DNA of 64,000 bases from Bacteroidales bacterium (GCA_034005245.1 JAVEVC010000001.1:161999-225998); one strand, 5' to 3'; positions 38,192 through 48,052 are shown, numbered from the stretch's first letter. Made by a program: numbers and translations. Notes: a model not told the origin generated them from the letters alone.

Positions 38192-41100
38192 TTAGAACCT
38201 GAAATAAATAAACGGTATTACTTCTGCCGACTTCATTCTAAAGAGCAGGAAAGCGATGAACAGCACAATAACCATCTGTGCCGTAAGAGGCAAATTTATG
38301 AAAAAGCCCCTGTATGATTCCTTTATCCTTTCAGGAAGGAAATGTACAAAGTACCCTGCAGCCATTATGGCAAAAACACTCCCGTATACCGGGAGAAGAT
38401 TTGAATAGGAAATAGGCTGGAAATGGAGGAATATCTGCCTGATTATTATAGTTGCATCATGCATATCCTGCGCGCGGAAAAAGATCCAGCAGAATATGAC
38501 AAAATTAAAAGTCAGAAAAACAGGGAGAAACCTTGAAATTCTATTTTTAGCGATCCCTCTTCCAAATATCCATAACCAGACCTTGTTTGCAACAAGACCC
38601 AGGCCATGAAGACCACCCCATATTAAAAATCTTACATTTGCACCATGCCACAAACCGCCAAGCAGCATTGTAATCATTATGTTAACCAGAGAGCGGATTT
38701 TCCCTTTCCTGTTCCCTCCCAGAGGAATATAAAGGTAATCTTTCAGCCATCTGGAAAGTGAGATATGCCACCTCTTCCAGAAATCACTCAGACCTGATGC
38801 CTTATATGGAGAGTTAAAATTCAGGGGAAGCCTGAATCCAAGAAGAAGCCCCAATCCGATAGCAATATCGGTATAACCTGAAAAATCACAGTAGATCTGC
38901 AATCCGTATCCGTAAACAGCAATAAGGTTCTCGAGTCCCGAATATAATGTGGGCATATCGAAGACCCTGTCGATGAAATTCACTGCAATAAAATCGGAAA
39001 TAATGACCTTTTTTACAAGACCTTTCATAATTAGAAAGACTGCATGGCTGAACTCCCTTTTGGCAAGATGGTATTCCGTATAAACCTGGGGAATGAATTC
39101 CGAAGCCCTGACAATAGGACCGGCTACAAGTTGCGGAAAAAAGGAGACATAAAAGCCAAAGTCCACAATATTCCTGACCGGACTGCATTTATTGCGGTAC
39201 ACATCGAAAATGTAGCTTAATGACTGAAAGGTGAAGAAGGAAATTCCCACGGGCAACACAATATGGCTCACATCGAAAGATGTTCCCATCAGATCGTTTG
39301 AAAAAGCCCCGATAATATCCCTGACTACAAGCTCGGTTCCAAAAAAGTCATTTACAACTTCAACTATAAAACCTGAATATTTAAAATATGCCAGAATACC
39401 AAGGTTTGATACAATACTGACCAGAACTAATAATCTTCGGCTGAATCTGGTCCGGGATCTGCTTATAAGGATCCCGCATGAGTAATCAATAAGTGTTACA
39501 AGTATAAGCAGGAGCAGGAACAATCCTCCTGTTTTGTAATAAAAGTAAAGGCTGATAAGGTAGAGGAACGAATTTCTTACGAACAGTTTCCTGTATACGA
39601 GACTATAGCCAGCCAACACAAAAAGGAAGAAAAGCCAGAAAAGCGATGATGTAAAAATAAGCGGATCAGAGGGATCATAGCTTAATATAATATCAGTCAC
39701 CCGCTTCAGGCAACCTGTTTTCTCAACAACAGCAGTCTTGTCTTCAATAACCTCAGCTACTTGAGGAATGACAGTATCCCTGATCTCAGCCGCTGCAACC
39801 GGCAAGACAGTGTCCTCACTGTCAAATGCAAACAGGTCGGAGTAAATCATTGCCGCCAGCTTTTTGGCACCCAGGCTGGTAAAATGCACGTAATCTCTCT
39901 GGGCAAGCGGAGGATTGCTTTCATGCCACCTCACAATGGAATATCGTCCTCCCATTTCCTGCCAGGTATTCCAGAAAAGAGCCTCTGATTCTTCAGCTGC
40001 CTTCTTCTGTGCATCAACTATGCGCGGTATGTTTTTGTATGCAAAAAGGCTGTCGCCAGTCCCTCTCGCCATATCACTGACCCCAATCACTGCAAAGTGC
40101 GAAGCCGGAGAAATTTCCCTCAACAAGGATATCTGACGGGTTAATCCGCGCTGATAATAATTGTATTCATTTCTTATATTCTTGACAATATTCAGTCCGA
40201 ATTGCAGAACGATATAATCAGGAGAAAGAAGGTTGAATAACTGTTTCAGGTTTTCATTTCCAAGCATTGTAAACTCCAGACCGGTACTTCCCCTGGCAGG
40301 GATGTTATCAACGATAATACCTGCCATGCTCTCTATGCTCATACCATAGATGTCAGGGCTTGATTTTCCTGAAAACTCCACCAGGATGTTCTTTTTATTA
40401 AACAAAGGACACCTGAATTCATATACACCAGGGCCTGCCCTGAGAGTATCAGTATAAAGAAGAAGATTTTCTCCTTTGACAACTATTTTAACCGGAACGG
40501 TGCTTTTCCCATAGAATATCCTCAGCCACTCGTATTTTGATTCGCTGCTGTCGGCAAATTTTGAAGGGACAATCCTTACCCATGCTCTAACGTCAGATTC
40601 TGAAACCGATCCTTCCCCTGTAAATCGGCATACACTCAGAAATGGGCCAAGATCATTGTGAGAAATCTCTCCGTTCCGGAATGAAAGATAATTATATCTT
40701 TTCCAGTTCGAGGAGGATCTTATATATACTGATTCAGTGTACATTACGGGCATCAGGGGCTGAAACAGACCCGGCCCTGTACCTGTCCTGCCTTTTCTCA
40801 GAAACTGCCTGAGGGAAGAAGTAATCCTGTCCCCTTCTATCTGGGAATCACCATAGTACATAATCCTTACCTTCCCCCTCGAGTATTTCAGGGTATCAAG
40901 AAAGCGCGTAAGAGGATCAGAAGGCAGAGTATCGGCAACAATTATCAGAGTATCTTCGACGACGGCAGAGGAATCAGGAAAAGCAGCACCCACAGCAGCA
41001 GGTTCCGACATCACCCTGGCCTCTTTCCTTACAGAATCAGAGTATTCAGGAACAACTGCAGGAGATGCTTCGGCAGCTCTTTGGCCTGTAATCAGACTCC

Positions 41101-41221
41101 TGTCAGTCCGGAAAAAAATATTTATTCCTGATAAGTCCTTATTTCCGGGCAAAAAATAAGAAAGACCTGTAAGACAGATCAGGGCGACCAGTAAAAATAG
41201 AAATAACCTGAATGGGCGCAT
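38192..41221 (-). CDS. fusion protein: N-terminal signal anchor, SGNH/GDSL-type esterase or acyltransferase domain, and C-terminal MBOAT (AlgI/PatA-like) O-acyltransferase
   Basis: 1009 aa. SGNH block I is MYYGDSQIEGD and block V is RDYVHFT, both in the first 500 or so aa. The polytopic C-terminal half carries the MBOAT His motif LGGLWHGAN. Confidence 0.75.
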   Translation of the reverse strand: MRPFRLFLFLLVALICLTGLSYFLPGNKDLSGINIFFRTDRSLITGQRAAEASPAVVPEYSDSVRKEARVMSEPAAVGAAFPDSSAVVEDTLIIVADTLPSDPLTRFLDTLKYSRGKVRIMYYGDSQIEGDRITSSLRQFLRKGRTGTGPGLFQPLMPVMYTESVYIRSSSNWKRYNYLSFRNGEISHNDLGPFLSVCRFTGEGSVSESDVRAWVRIVPSKFADSSESKYEWLRIFYGKSTVPVKIVVKGENLLLYTDTLRAGPGVYEFRCPLFNKKNILVEFSGKSSPDIYGMSIESMAGIIVDNIPARGSTGLEFTMLGNENLKQLFNLLSPDYIVLQFGLNIVKNIRNEYNYYQRGLTRQISLLREISPASHFAVIGVSDMARGTGDSLFAYKNIPRIVDAQKKAAEESEALFWNTWQEMGGRYSIVRWHESNPPLAQRDYVHFTSLGAKKLAAMIYSDLFAFDSEDTVLPVAAAEIRDTVIPQVAEVIEDKTAVVEKTGCLKRVTDIILSYDPSDPLIFTSSLFWLFFLFVLAGYSLVYRKLFVRNSFLYLISLYFYYKTGGLFLLLLILVTLIDYSCGILISRSRTRFSRRLLVLVSIVSNLGILAYFKYSGFIVEVVNDFFGTELVVRDIIGAFSNDLMGTSFDVSHIVLPVGISFFTFQSLSYIFDVYRNKCSPVRNIVDFGFYVSFFPQLVAGPIVRASEFIPQVYTEYHLAKREFSHAVFLIMKGLVKKVIISDFIAVNFIDRVFDMPTLYSGLENLIAVYGYGLQIYCDFSGYTDIAIGLGLLLGFRLPLNFNSPYKASGLSDFWKRWHISLSRWLKDYLYIPLGGNRKGKIRSLVNIMITMLLGGLWHGANVRFLIWGGLHGLGLVANKVWLWIFGRGIAKNRISRFLPVFLTFNFVIFCWIFFRAQDMHDATIIIRQIFLHFQPISYSNLLPVYGSVFAIMAAGYFVHFLPERIKESYRGFFINLPLTAQMVIVLFIAFLLFRMKSAEVIPFIYFRF

Positions 41222-41234
41222 ATTAAGAAAGAGA

Positions 41235-42773
41235 TCAGCTCTTCTTCTTTATTTTGAGTACTTGTCCAACCTTTATTTTTCCCGGATCGGTAATATTGTT
41301 TAATGAAAGCACATCTGTCGTACTCACATTGCCATATTTTTTCACAATATCCCATATCGTATCACCATACCGGACTATATGGGTAATATATTCATCGGTG
41401 CTGCCGGATGGGTTCATAGCAGGAGCAGGTCCGGAGGAAACACTTTTCCCTGTCATTTTCTGCTTTTCCGCAAATGACATGGTATTAATCCTGGAATACT
41501 GATCAGCTTTTGAAGGGTCAACATAAATTGCCAGCTTCTGTCCTATTCTGATCACGTTCCTGTATATATTGTTCCAGTATCTCAGGTCTGAAAGGCCTAC
41601 CCTGTACCATTCTGCGATGAATCCCAGATTATCGCCTTCCTTTACGGTATAGAGAAGCTTTGTTTTCCCCTTCACATCGGCGGGAACATAGGTGGAACGT
41701 GATGGATCTGTAACCCTGGCAGTGCCTGAAAGGTAAACATCGCGGCGGTGGTTAACAATGGTATCGTTAAGATCGATGAAATCGCTTATATGAGTGACAG
41801 GCAGAGTAAGCGAAAATGGTTTGGCCGAGCCAGGGACAAGCCCTGTTCTGTATTGGGGATTAAGGGTCCTCAATTCACCCAGAGGAATGCCCATAACTTC
41901 AGATATCTGGTTCAGGTGGATGTCCTTATTTACCACAATTGTATCGGTGGTAACCGGCAAATTCATTGGTAAGGGCCTGATATTGTGGTCGCTGTAATAA
42001 TTGACGGAATATGTTGCCGCAACATACTGAGGTATAAAGCCTCTTGTTTCTCTTGGCAGCCTGTAGTATATCTCCCAGTAATCCTTCTTGTTCCCGGAAC
42101 GCCTGATAGCTTTATTTACATTTCCCGGGCCGCAGTTATATGCCGCCAGTACCAGTATCCAGTCTTCATAAATATTATAGAGATCCTTAATGTACCTGGC
42201 AGCAGCATGAGTTGATTTCACCGGATCTCTTCTTTCATCAACGACCGAATTTATTGTAAGCCCATAATTCCTTCCTGTGCTGTACATAAATTGCCACAGG
42301 CCGGTAGCTCCAACCCGCGAAACAGCATTCGGATTAAGCGCAGATTCAATTATTGCCATGTATTTCAATTCAACAGGGATCCCGTAAGAATCAAAAATGT
42401 CCTCAATTAATGGGAAATAATAACTGGTAAGACCCAGAATGGCGCTGAAATTCTTTCTCAGCTTTACTGTGTAAACATGTATATGATTTCTTATAATGCT
42501 GTTATAGGGAAGCCTGATTACCGACTGTAGTTTGTTAAGCCTGTCGAGATATACCGAATCTGAAAACTGGATTATGCTTGAGTCAGTGCTTTCATTCAGG
42601 CCCTGATCCTTCAGTGCCAGTTTCACATACCAGCTGTTAACAAGACTGTCGAGGTCCCTTGTGATTTTTTCGGTATAGATCTCCGATTTTAAAATTATAG
42701 TGTCATTAGCTGCATAAGTTCCCGGATTTGTCATCACCAGGCTCAGGGCTGCCAGAAAGATTTTTAATCCCAT
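41235..42773 (-). CDS. lytic transglycosylase with C-terminal LysM domains (MltD-like)
   Basis: SLT core SRVGATGLWQFMYSTGRNYGL. There are two LysM repeats (YTVKEGDNLGFIAEWY and HIVRYGDTIWDIVKKY) and a signal peptide. Confidence 0.8.
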   Translation of the reverse strand: MGLKIFLAALSLVMTNPGTYAANDTIILKSEIYTEKITRDLDSLVNSWYVKLALKDQGLNESTDSSIIQFSDSVYLDRLNKLQSVIRLPYNSIIRNHIHVYTVKLRKNFSAILGLTSYYFPLIEDIFDSYGIPVELKYMAIIESALNPNAVSRVGATGLWQFMYSTGRNYGLTINSVVDERRDPVKSTHAAARYIKDLYNIYEDWILVLAAYNCGPGNVNKAIRRSGNKKDYWEIYYRLPRETRGFIPQYVAATYSVNYYSDHNIRPLPMNLPVTTDTIVVNKDIHLNQISEVMGIPLGELRTLNPQYRTGLVPGSAKPFSLTLPVTHISDFIDLNDTIVNHRRDVYLSGTARVTDPSRSTYVPADVKGKTKLLYTVKEGDNLGFIAEWYRVGLSDLRYWNNIYRNVIRIGQKLAIYVDPSKADQYSRINTMSFAEKQKMTGKSVSSGPAPAMNPSGSTDEYITHIVRYGDTIWDIVKKYGNVSTTDVLSLNNITDPGKIKVGQVLKIKKKS

Positions 42774-42784
42774 TGTAAATATTG

Positions 42785-43447
42785 TTAAAACGTATGAACC
42801 ATCCTCAGATTCAGGCCGGCTCCCATTCCGCCGGGGACAGGTATCTGCAAAGGGGTTATTTCAACGTCAAGGTTATCATTTATGTTATAATTAAAAAGGC
42901 TGGCATCGACGTGGGCATCAATAATCGATATAAGATACCAGGCTGCAATGCCAATATATGAAAGATCACGGTATTTTTTATAATAATCAACGGCTGTCAG
43001 CAGTCTGTCCTTAACCCACGAAGTGGTTGAAGGATCATAAGTTTCAGGGGCCAGAACGGGATCGTAGGTAGACGGATCTGCCCATGTAATAAGCTCAATG
43101 TATGTGTCGGTCTCCGGAATATTATCGGTAAAATCCTGGTAGGCCTTCATCATCTTGTTGTAGTTGTTGCTGTTGAAGCTGACGCTATAAACCAGACCTC
43201 CGAAACCGGCATAAACAATTGGTATTTTCCAGTATTTTCTGTTGTAGACCTGGCCCAGGCCCGGGAATGCGACAGCGAGCATGGTGGCTTTCATGGGTTC
43301 TGGTGAGAAGAGTCGCTTTTTGGCTGGCAGGGCAAGTGCGGTCGTATCCTGAGCAAGCGCTTCCGATGACGCATACAGCATCGCCATAATGAGAATAAAC
43401 GTTATTTTTTTAACTGTTCTCAATTTAAAAAGAAACACCGGCATCAC
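42785..43447 (-). CDS. DUF5683-like exported protein
   Basis: Signal ...SEALA|QD, then AFPGLGQVYNRKYWKIPIVYAGFGGLVY. Its position after parB matches the Bacteroidota synteny as I recall it. Confidence 0.6.
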   Translation of the reverse strand: MMPVFLFKLRTVKKITFILIMAMLYASSEALAQDTTALALPAKKRLFSPEPMKATMLAVAFPGLGQVYNRKYWKIPIVYAGFGGLVYSVSFNSNNYNKMMKAYQDFTDNIPETDTYIELITWADPSTYDPVLAPETYDPSTTSWVKDRLLTAVDYYKKYRDLSYIGIAAWYLISIIDAHVDASLFNYNINDNLDVEITPLQIPVPGGMGAGLNLRMVHTF

Positions 43448-43487
43448 CTTTAAGAATTATCCACCGGAGCGATAAAGATAAATATTT

Positions 43488-44369
43488 TCAGGAGTTAAGG
43501 CGGTCAAATACTCCTAAAATGCGTTCCATCTCTTCAGGGTTATCGAAAGGGATAACGATCTTGCCTTTCCCCTGCTCGTTTATTTTGAAGCTGACCTTTG
43601 TTGAAAAGATAATATTAAGGTGTTCTGACAGCTGCCTGAAATCTTCATTCAGCTTTTTCCTTCTTTCCACCTTTGCCGGATCCTTTATCTTCTCTGACTG
43701 AAGCGAACGCACCAGTTCCTCTGCCTGCCGCACCGACAGGTCATTATCAATAATGCGATAATATACTTCTATCTGGGTTTTCGGATTTTCTATGTTGACA
43801 AGGGTTCTTGCATGGCCCATTGTGAGCTGCCTGTTTCTTATTCCGAGCTGGATCTCAGCCGGAAGGCGAAGCAGTCTCAGATAGTTCGCAACCGTGGACC
43901 TCTGTTTTCCAACTCTGTCACTGAGCTGCTCCTGTGTGAGTTTGCATTCTTCAATTAGCCTCTGAAAACTGATTGCCACCTCTATTGAGTCAAGATCTTC
44001 GCGCTGTATGTTTTCAACGAGGGCAAGTTCCAGCATTGCCTGATCGTCAGCAGTTCTAATATAAGCAGGTACATGAGTCAGACCAGCCATGCGCGCAGCC
44101 CTCAGCCTCCTTTCTCCCGCAATCAGCTGGAACCGCCCGCCTGAGGTTTCCCTGACAGTGATCGGCTGAACCAGGCCCAGCTTCTTGATGGATGAAGCAA
44201 GCTCTTCCAGCGCCTGATTGTCAAAATGAGCCCTTGGCTGAAATGGATTGCCATCAATTGCATCAATGGATATATTCATATTGGGTTCAACTTTTTTATC
44301 CAGCGCCTCTTTCTCAACGCCCTCAATTAATGCACCCAGTCCTCTGCCCAACGCATTTTTCTGTGCCAT
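43488..44369 (-). CDS. parB: chromosome partitioning protein ParB
   Basis: ParB box GERRLRAARMAGL and an HTH region. Confidence 0.9.
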   Translation of the reverse strand: MAQKNALGRGLGALIEGVEKEALDKKVEPNMNISIDAIDGNPFQPRAHFDNQALEELASSIKKLGLVQPITVRETSGGRFQLIAGERRLRAARMAGLTHVPAYIRTADDQAMLELALVENIQREDLDSIEVAISFQRLIEECKLTQEQLSDRVGKQRSTVANYLRLLRLPAEIQLGIRNRQLTMGHARTLVNIENPKTQIEVYYRIIDNDLSVRQAEELVRSLQSEKIKDPAKVERRKKLNEDFRQLSEHLNIIFSTKVSFKINEQGKGKIVIPFDNPEEMERILGVFDRLNS

Positions 44370-44411
44370 ATCGAATAATTGTTTTATTCAGATCGAATAA
44401 TAATTCAAGGA

Positions 44412-45188
44412 TCATGTGGTCACAGGAACATGTTTTTCAATAAGTTCCCTGGCAAGGTTAAGATAATTAACAGAACCTCTCGATTCAGCGTCATAAAGGA
44501 TTGCAGGCTGGCCGAAACTTGGAGCTTCTGACAGCTTTACATTCCTTTGTATGATCGTCCTGAACACCATTTCCTGAAAATGCTTGTAAACCTCGTCGGC
44601 GACCTGGTTTGAAAGCCTGAGCCGTGAATCGTACATTGTCAGGAGGAATCCTTCTATCTCAAGGTTTGTATTCAGATTGTTCTGTATAATCTTGATAGTA
44701 TTCAATAGCTTGCCAAGTCCCTCAAGGGCAAAGTACTCACACTGGACAGGTATTATTACCGAATCGGCAGCAGTGAGCGCATTAACCGTCAGAAGTCCAA
44801 GTGATGGAGAACAGTCAATTATTATATAATCAAAATCATCAACTATGCGGCTGAGGATTCCCCTTAATATCTTCTCCCTTTCAGATCTGTCAAGCATTTC
44901 TATCTCCGCTCCAACCAGATCAATATTTGACGGGATAACCGAAAGGTTCTCAACTGCACAACTTATTACTGTTTCCCCCGGATCCTTCCCTTCAATAAGG
45001 CAATCATAAATAGTTGAATGTATCTGGCGCGTGTCAATGCCAATTCCGGATGTTGCATTTGCCTGCGGGTCACAGTCAACAATCAGAACCTTTTTTTCCA
45101 GCGCTGCAAGGCTCGCAGCAAGATTTATCGCTGTCGTTGTTTTTCCTACTCCACCCTTCTGGTTGGCAATTGCTATGATCCTTCCCAT
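44412..45188 (-). CDS. parA: chromosome partitioning ATPase ParA/Soj
   Basis: Deviant Walker [10 protein letters not shown], 258 aa. Confidence 0.9.
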   Translation of the reverse strand: MGRIIAIANQKGGVGKTTTAINLAASLAALEKKVLIVDCDPQANATSGIGIDTRQIHSTIYDCLIEGKDPGETVISCAVENLSVIPSNIDLVGAEIEMLDRSEREKILRGILSRIVDDFDYIIIDCSPSLGLLTVNALTAADSVIIPVQCEYFALEGLGKLLNTIKIIQNNLNTNLEIEGFLLTMYDSRLRLSNQVADEVYKHFQEMVFRTIIQRNVKLSEAPSFGQPAILYDAESRGSVNYLNLARELIEKHVPVTT

Positions 45189-45227
45189 AATGAAATTATT
45201 AAAAATTTACCTGCCTCTTTTGTGGGT

Positions 45228-45235
45228 CAAATTTA
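45228..45235 (-). promoter_or_regulatory. putative -7 promoter box (TAAATTTG) for the par gene string
   Basis: Exact TAnnTTTG on the minus strand, 39 nt upstream of the parA ATG. Confidence 0.4.
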
Positions 45236-45524
45236 CTATTTAAGAAACAGCTGACCTGACCATCAACACTGGAATTGTAAACATTTAATTTACGGTTTTC
45301 AACATCTTATCAACATGGTCTGAAGTGAGCATGACCAGGATATTCTGAGCAAATCAGTCCGTCACGGCCAGCTTCCCTCATGGCAGGAAACCCGGATTCC
45401 CTGAAACGAGTTTTTTAAGCGATTCATAATCCATTATCCGGGAAATGTGAATCACTGCAACAAAAACCATTAAGCATAATAATATATTTCTATATTTAAA
45501 TCCTTGATTAAAATATTATAAAAC

Positions 45525-46478
45525 ATGAAAGGCACACCGGGTAAAGACCATTGGTTTATTGTAGTTAACCCTAACGCGGGCAACAAAAAGGGTTACAAGG
45601 ACTGGAACAGAATTGCCGGCATTTTTAGCGACAACAATATTCCTTATAATGTTAAGATCACAGAGAAAAGAGGCCAGGCAATTGATTTCACGCATGAAGC
45701 AATAAAGGAAGGCTACAGGAAGATAATCTCAGTCGGGGGTGACGGAACGCTGAATGAAGTTGTAAATGGAGTTTTCACTCAAAACCAATGTGCATCACAA
45801 GACATCATTCTTGGCATGATCCCTGTCGGAACCGGAAATGACTGGGGCAGGATGTTTGGCATTCCGCTGGTTTACGAAGGAGCCGTTCAGCTGATAAAGG
45901 AGTGCAAAACCATGCTGCACGATATCGGAATGGTGACATATTACGATGGTTCAAGACAGGAAAAAAGATATTTTATAAATATCGCCGGAGTTGGATTTGA
46001 GGCAGAGGTCATCAAGAAAACCAATAAGCAGAAGGAAAAAGGCAAAAGCAATAAGGCAATTTACTTCTACAGCCTGCTTTCAAGCCTCCTGTCCTTGAAG
46101 ATAAAAGAGGCCACTTTGACAATTGACGGCGTGGAGAACACCTCCCGTATTTTTTCGGTTAATATAGGAAACGGAAGGTATTGTGGGGGAGGTATGAGAC
46201 AGACACCCGATGCATTGCCTGATGATGGCCTGCTTGACATAACTGTGATTAAGGGGATGGGGAGGATCGAAATTATTAAAGCGCTGAAAATATTATATGA
46301 CGGCACTATCTTAAGCCATCCGAAAGTAGACGGGTACCGGGCCAGTCATTGCAAAATAACCTCGGATTCGCTTTTGTACGCAGAAGCCGACGGAGAATCC
46401 CTCGGTCATACCCCTGTAGAATTCAGCATTATACCTTCTTCAGTCAATATTGTCTATGGTACAAGGCTTATTCAATGA
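45525..46478 (+). CDS. diacylglycerol-kinase-family lipid kinase (YegS/BmrU-like)
   Basis: The DAGK catalytic domain motif GGDGTLNEVVNG is present. Confidence 0.8.
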   Translation: MKGTPGKDHWFIVVNPNAGNKKGYKDWNRIAGIFSDNNIPYNVKITEKRGQAIDFTHEAIKEGYRKIISVGGDGTLNEVVNGVFTQNQCASQDIILGMIPVGTGNDWGRMFGIPLVYEGAVQLIKECKTMLHDIGMVTYYDGSRQEKRYFINIAGVGFEAEVIKKTNKQKEKGKSNKAIYFYSLLSSLLSLKIKEATLTIDGVENTSRIFSVNIGNGRYCGGGMRQTPDALPDDGLLDITVIKGMGRIEIIKALKILYDGTILSHPKVDGYRASHCKITSDSLLYAEADGESLGHTPVEFSIIPSSVNIVYGTRLIQ

Positions 46479-47580
46479 CCCTGATCTCATATAGTTCAGG
46501 CCATTTTTTCCCTGTTACGAATATCCTGCCCCCGGAGCTATCATATGCAATCCCGTTGAGAACATCAGCATTCGCCTCCCTCCTTTTGTGCGGAGGGAAA
46601 AGACGCGACAGATCAACGTATGAATTGACCTTTCCTGTTGCCGGATCTATCCGGGCTATCATATCAGTCTGCCATATATTCGCCCATATTTCTCCGTTAA
46701 TATATTCGAGTTCATTAAGCTGATCAACCATCTTTTCACTGTCATACACCTCGATCCGCGATGTCACCGTAAACATTTCCGGCTCAATGAAATACAGAAC
46801 ATTGGAACCATCGCTCATTACAATCCTGTCGTTAACTGTCGTCAACCCCCAGCCCTGTGTCTGATAGTAGATCCTCTTAATAACTTTAAAATCAGCCCTG
46901 TCGTAAACAAATCCTACCTGGTTCGTCCATGTAACCTGATATATCAGGTCATTGTAAAGCGTAATACCCTCACCAAACAGCGAAGGATCAAGATTGAGCT
47001 GCCGGAGTACCCTGCCAGTTTCAAGATCGACTTCCCTGAGTGTTGAACCAGCTTCCTGGCCAGTACCTTCATATAAATATCCATCGCTGAAGAGAAGACC
47101 CTGAGTAAAAGCATCCCGGTCATGGGGATAAGTATTGACTACCTGATAACCTGAAGTCAAGGGTTCAATATCTGACCTGAGAACCACAAAACGGGTTATT
47201 ATCTGAGTCTTTCCATTCTTATATGCAACAGCTTTGACCGGCTTTCTGCCCGTACTCCGGGCAAGAGTTGCGGGCACTGTGCACTCCCATGAAGCAGAAG
47301 TAAGAGTCGCAACGGCATTACCGTCGAAAAAGATCTTAATTGAATCAGGTGGGTTTTGCTCTTTTTCCGGAACAAGCGAAACATTTATCTTGTCATTTAG
47401 CCTTAATCTGGCTTCACTGTCGGGAGACAACATCCTGGCAATCCTTACAGCAGGTTCCGGCGGCAGGCTTTCTGCCGTTGCTTTAGGTCTGACCTCTGGC
47501 CTTCCGGAACATGAAAATATCCAGGCAGGAATAAGCATGAATATAAATGCGGAAACATATTTGCTGACGTCACTGTTCAT
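46468..47580 (-). CDS. glutaminyl-peptide cyclotransferase, type I (beta-propeller) with an N-terminal Ig-like module, lipoprotein
   Basis: Lipobox IFSC. The Glu_cyclase_2-like core is YPHDRDAFTQGLLFSDGYLYEGTGQEAGSTLREVDLETG. Confidence 0.75.
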   Translation of the reverse strand: MNSDVSKYVSAFIFMLIPAWIFSCSGRPEVRPKATAESLPPEPAVRIARMLSPDSEARLRLNDKINVSLVPEKEQNPPDSIKIFFDGNAVATLTSASWECTVPATLARSTGRKPVKAVAYKNGKTQIITRFVVLRSDIEPLTSGYQVVNTYPHDRDAFTQGLLFSDGYLYEGTGQEAGSTLREVDLETGRVLRQLNLDPSLFGEGITLYNDLIYQVTWTNQVGFVYDRADFKVIKRIYYQTQGWGLTTVNDRIVMSDGSNVLYFIEPEMFTVTSRIEVYDSEKMVDQLNELEYINGEIWANIWQTDMIARIDPATGKVNSYVDLSRLFPPHKRREANADVLNGIAYDSSGGRIFVTGKKWPELYEIRVIE

Positions 47581-48025
47581 CGTATTTGCTTCTCTTCCCG
47601 AATAACCTCATGAGAGTGTTCTTCCGTACCTTTTTCGAAATCTGCCGTTCAACTTCTTTTTCATGAAGATCAAATGGCACCATCATCTGCCAGATCTCGC
47701 TCCAACCCGGGAATCCGCCTACTATCTTATCGTCAATAAAAATATCCGCATCAATTTTACGACTAACAGTCTCATCATACACCTCCTCAGGATAGTTTTT
47801 GTTCACGGCATAGAATTCGATGCCATTCTTACGGCAATATTCCACAGCCTCATCCAGTTCTTTCCCGCTCCGGAAGGTCCATAATATAAGCCTTGCACCC
47901 ATTTTTTCAAATTCCTTAAGGGTTTGAAAGGCGAAGAGCTTCTCCTTCCCTATTCCCGGATATTCGTGATCTACAATTGTGCCGTCAAAATCCACAGCAA
48001 TCCTTATATTGGTGAAATTGACCAT
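47570..48025 (-). CDS. small capless HAD-superfamily phosphatase-like protein
   Basis: HAD motif I DFDGT near the N-terminus, 151 aa. It overlaps the cyclotransferase start by 11 nt. Confidence 0.55.
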   Translation of the reverse strand: MVNFTNIRIAVDFDGTIVDHEYPGIGKEKLFAFQTLKEFEKMGARLILWTFRSGKELDEAVEYCRKNGIEFYAVNKNYPEEVYDETVSRKIDADIFIDDKIVGGFPGWSEIWQMMVPFDLHEKEVERQISKKVRKNTLMRLFGKRSKYDEQ

Positions 48026-48044
48026 CGGGAGTTTGTTTAGTTTA

Positions 48045-48052
48045 CAAATCTA
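48045..48052 (-). promoter_or_regulatory. putative -7 promoter box (TAGATTTG)
   Basis: Exact TAnnTTTG on the minus strand, 19 nt upstream of the ATG at 48025. Confidence 0.4.

Noticed and set aside
45189-45524. A possible replication origin or parS site in the 336-nt divergent region next to parA.
   Set aside because: I see only one near-match to a DnaA box (TTATCAACA). There is no cluster of boxes, no obvious AT-rich unwinding repeats beyond the general AT richness, and no TGTTTCACGTGAAACA-like palindrome. There is also no dnaA or dnaN nearby. I cannot support the call from sequence alone.
46468-46478. Convergent 3'-end overlaps: lipid kinase with cyclotransferase (11 nt) and birA with the 60430..60876 ORF (44 nt).
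   Set aside because: Short convergent overlaps are common in compact genomes. The 44-nt case may simply mean the hypothetical ORF or its stop is mis-called. There is no evidence of a regulatory role.
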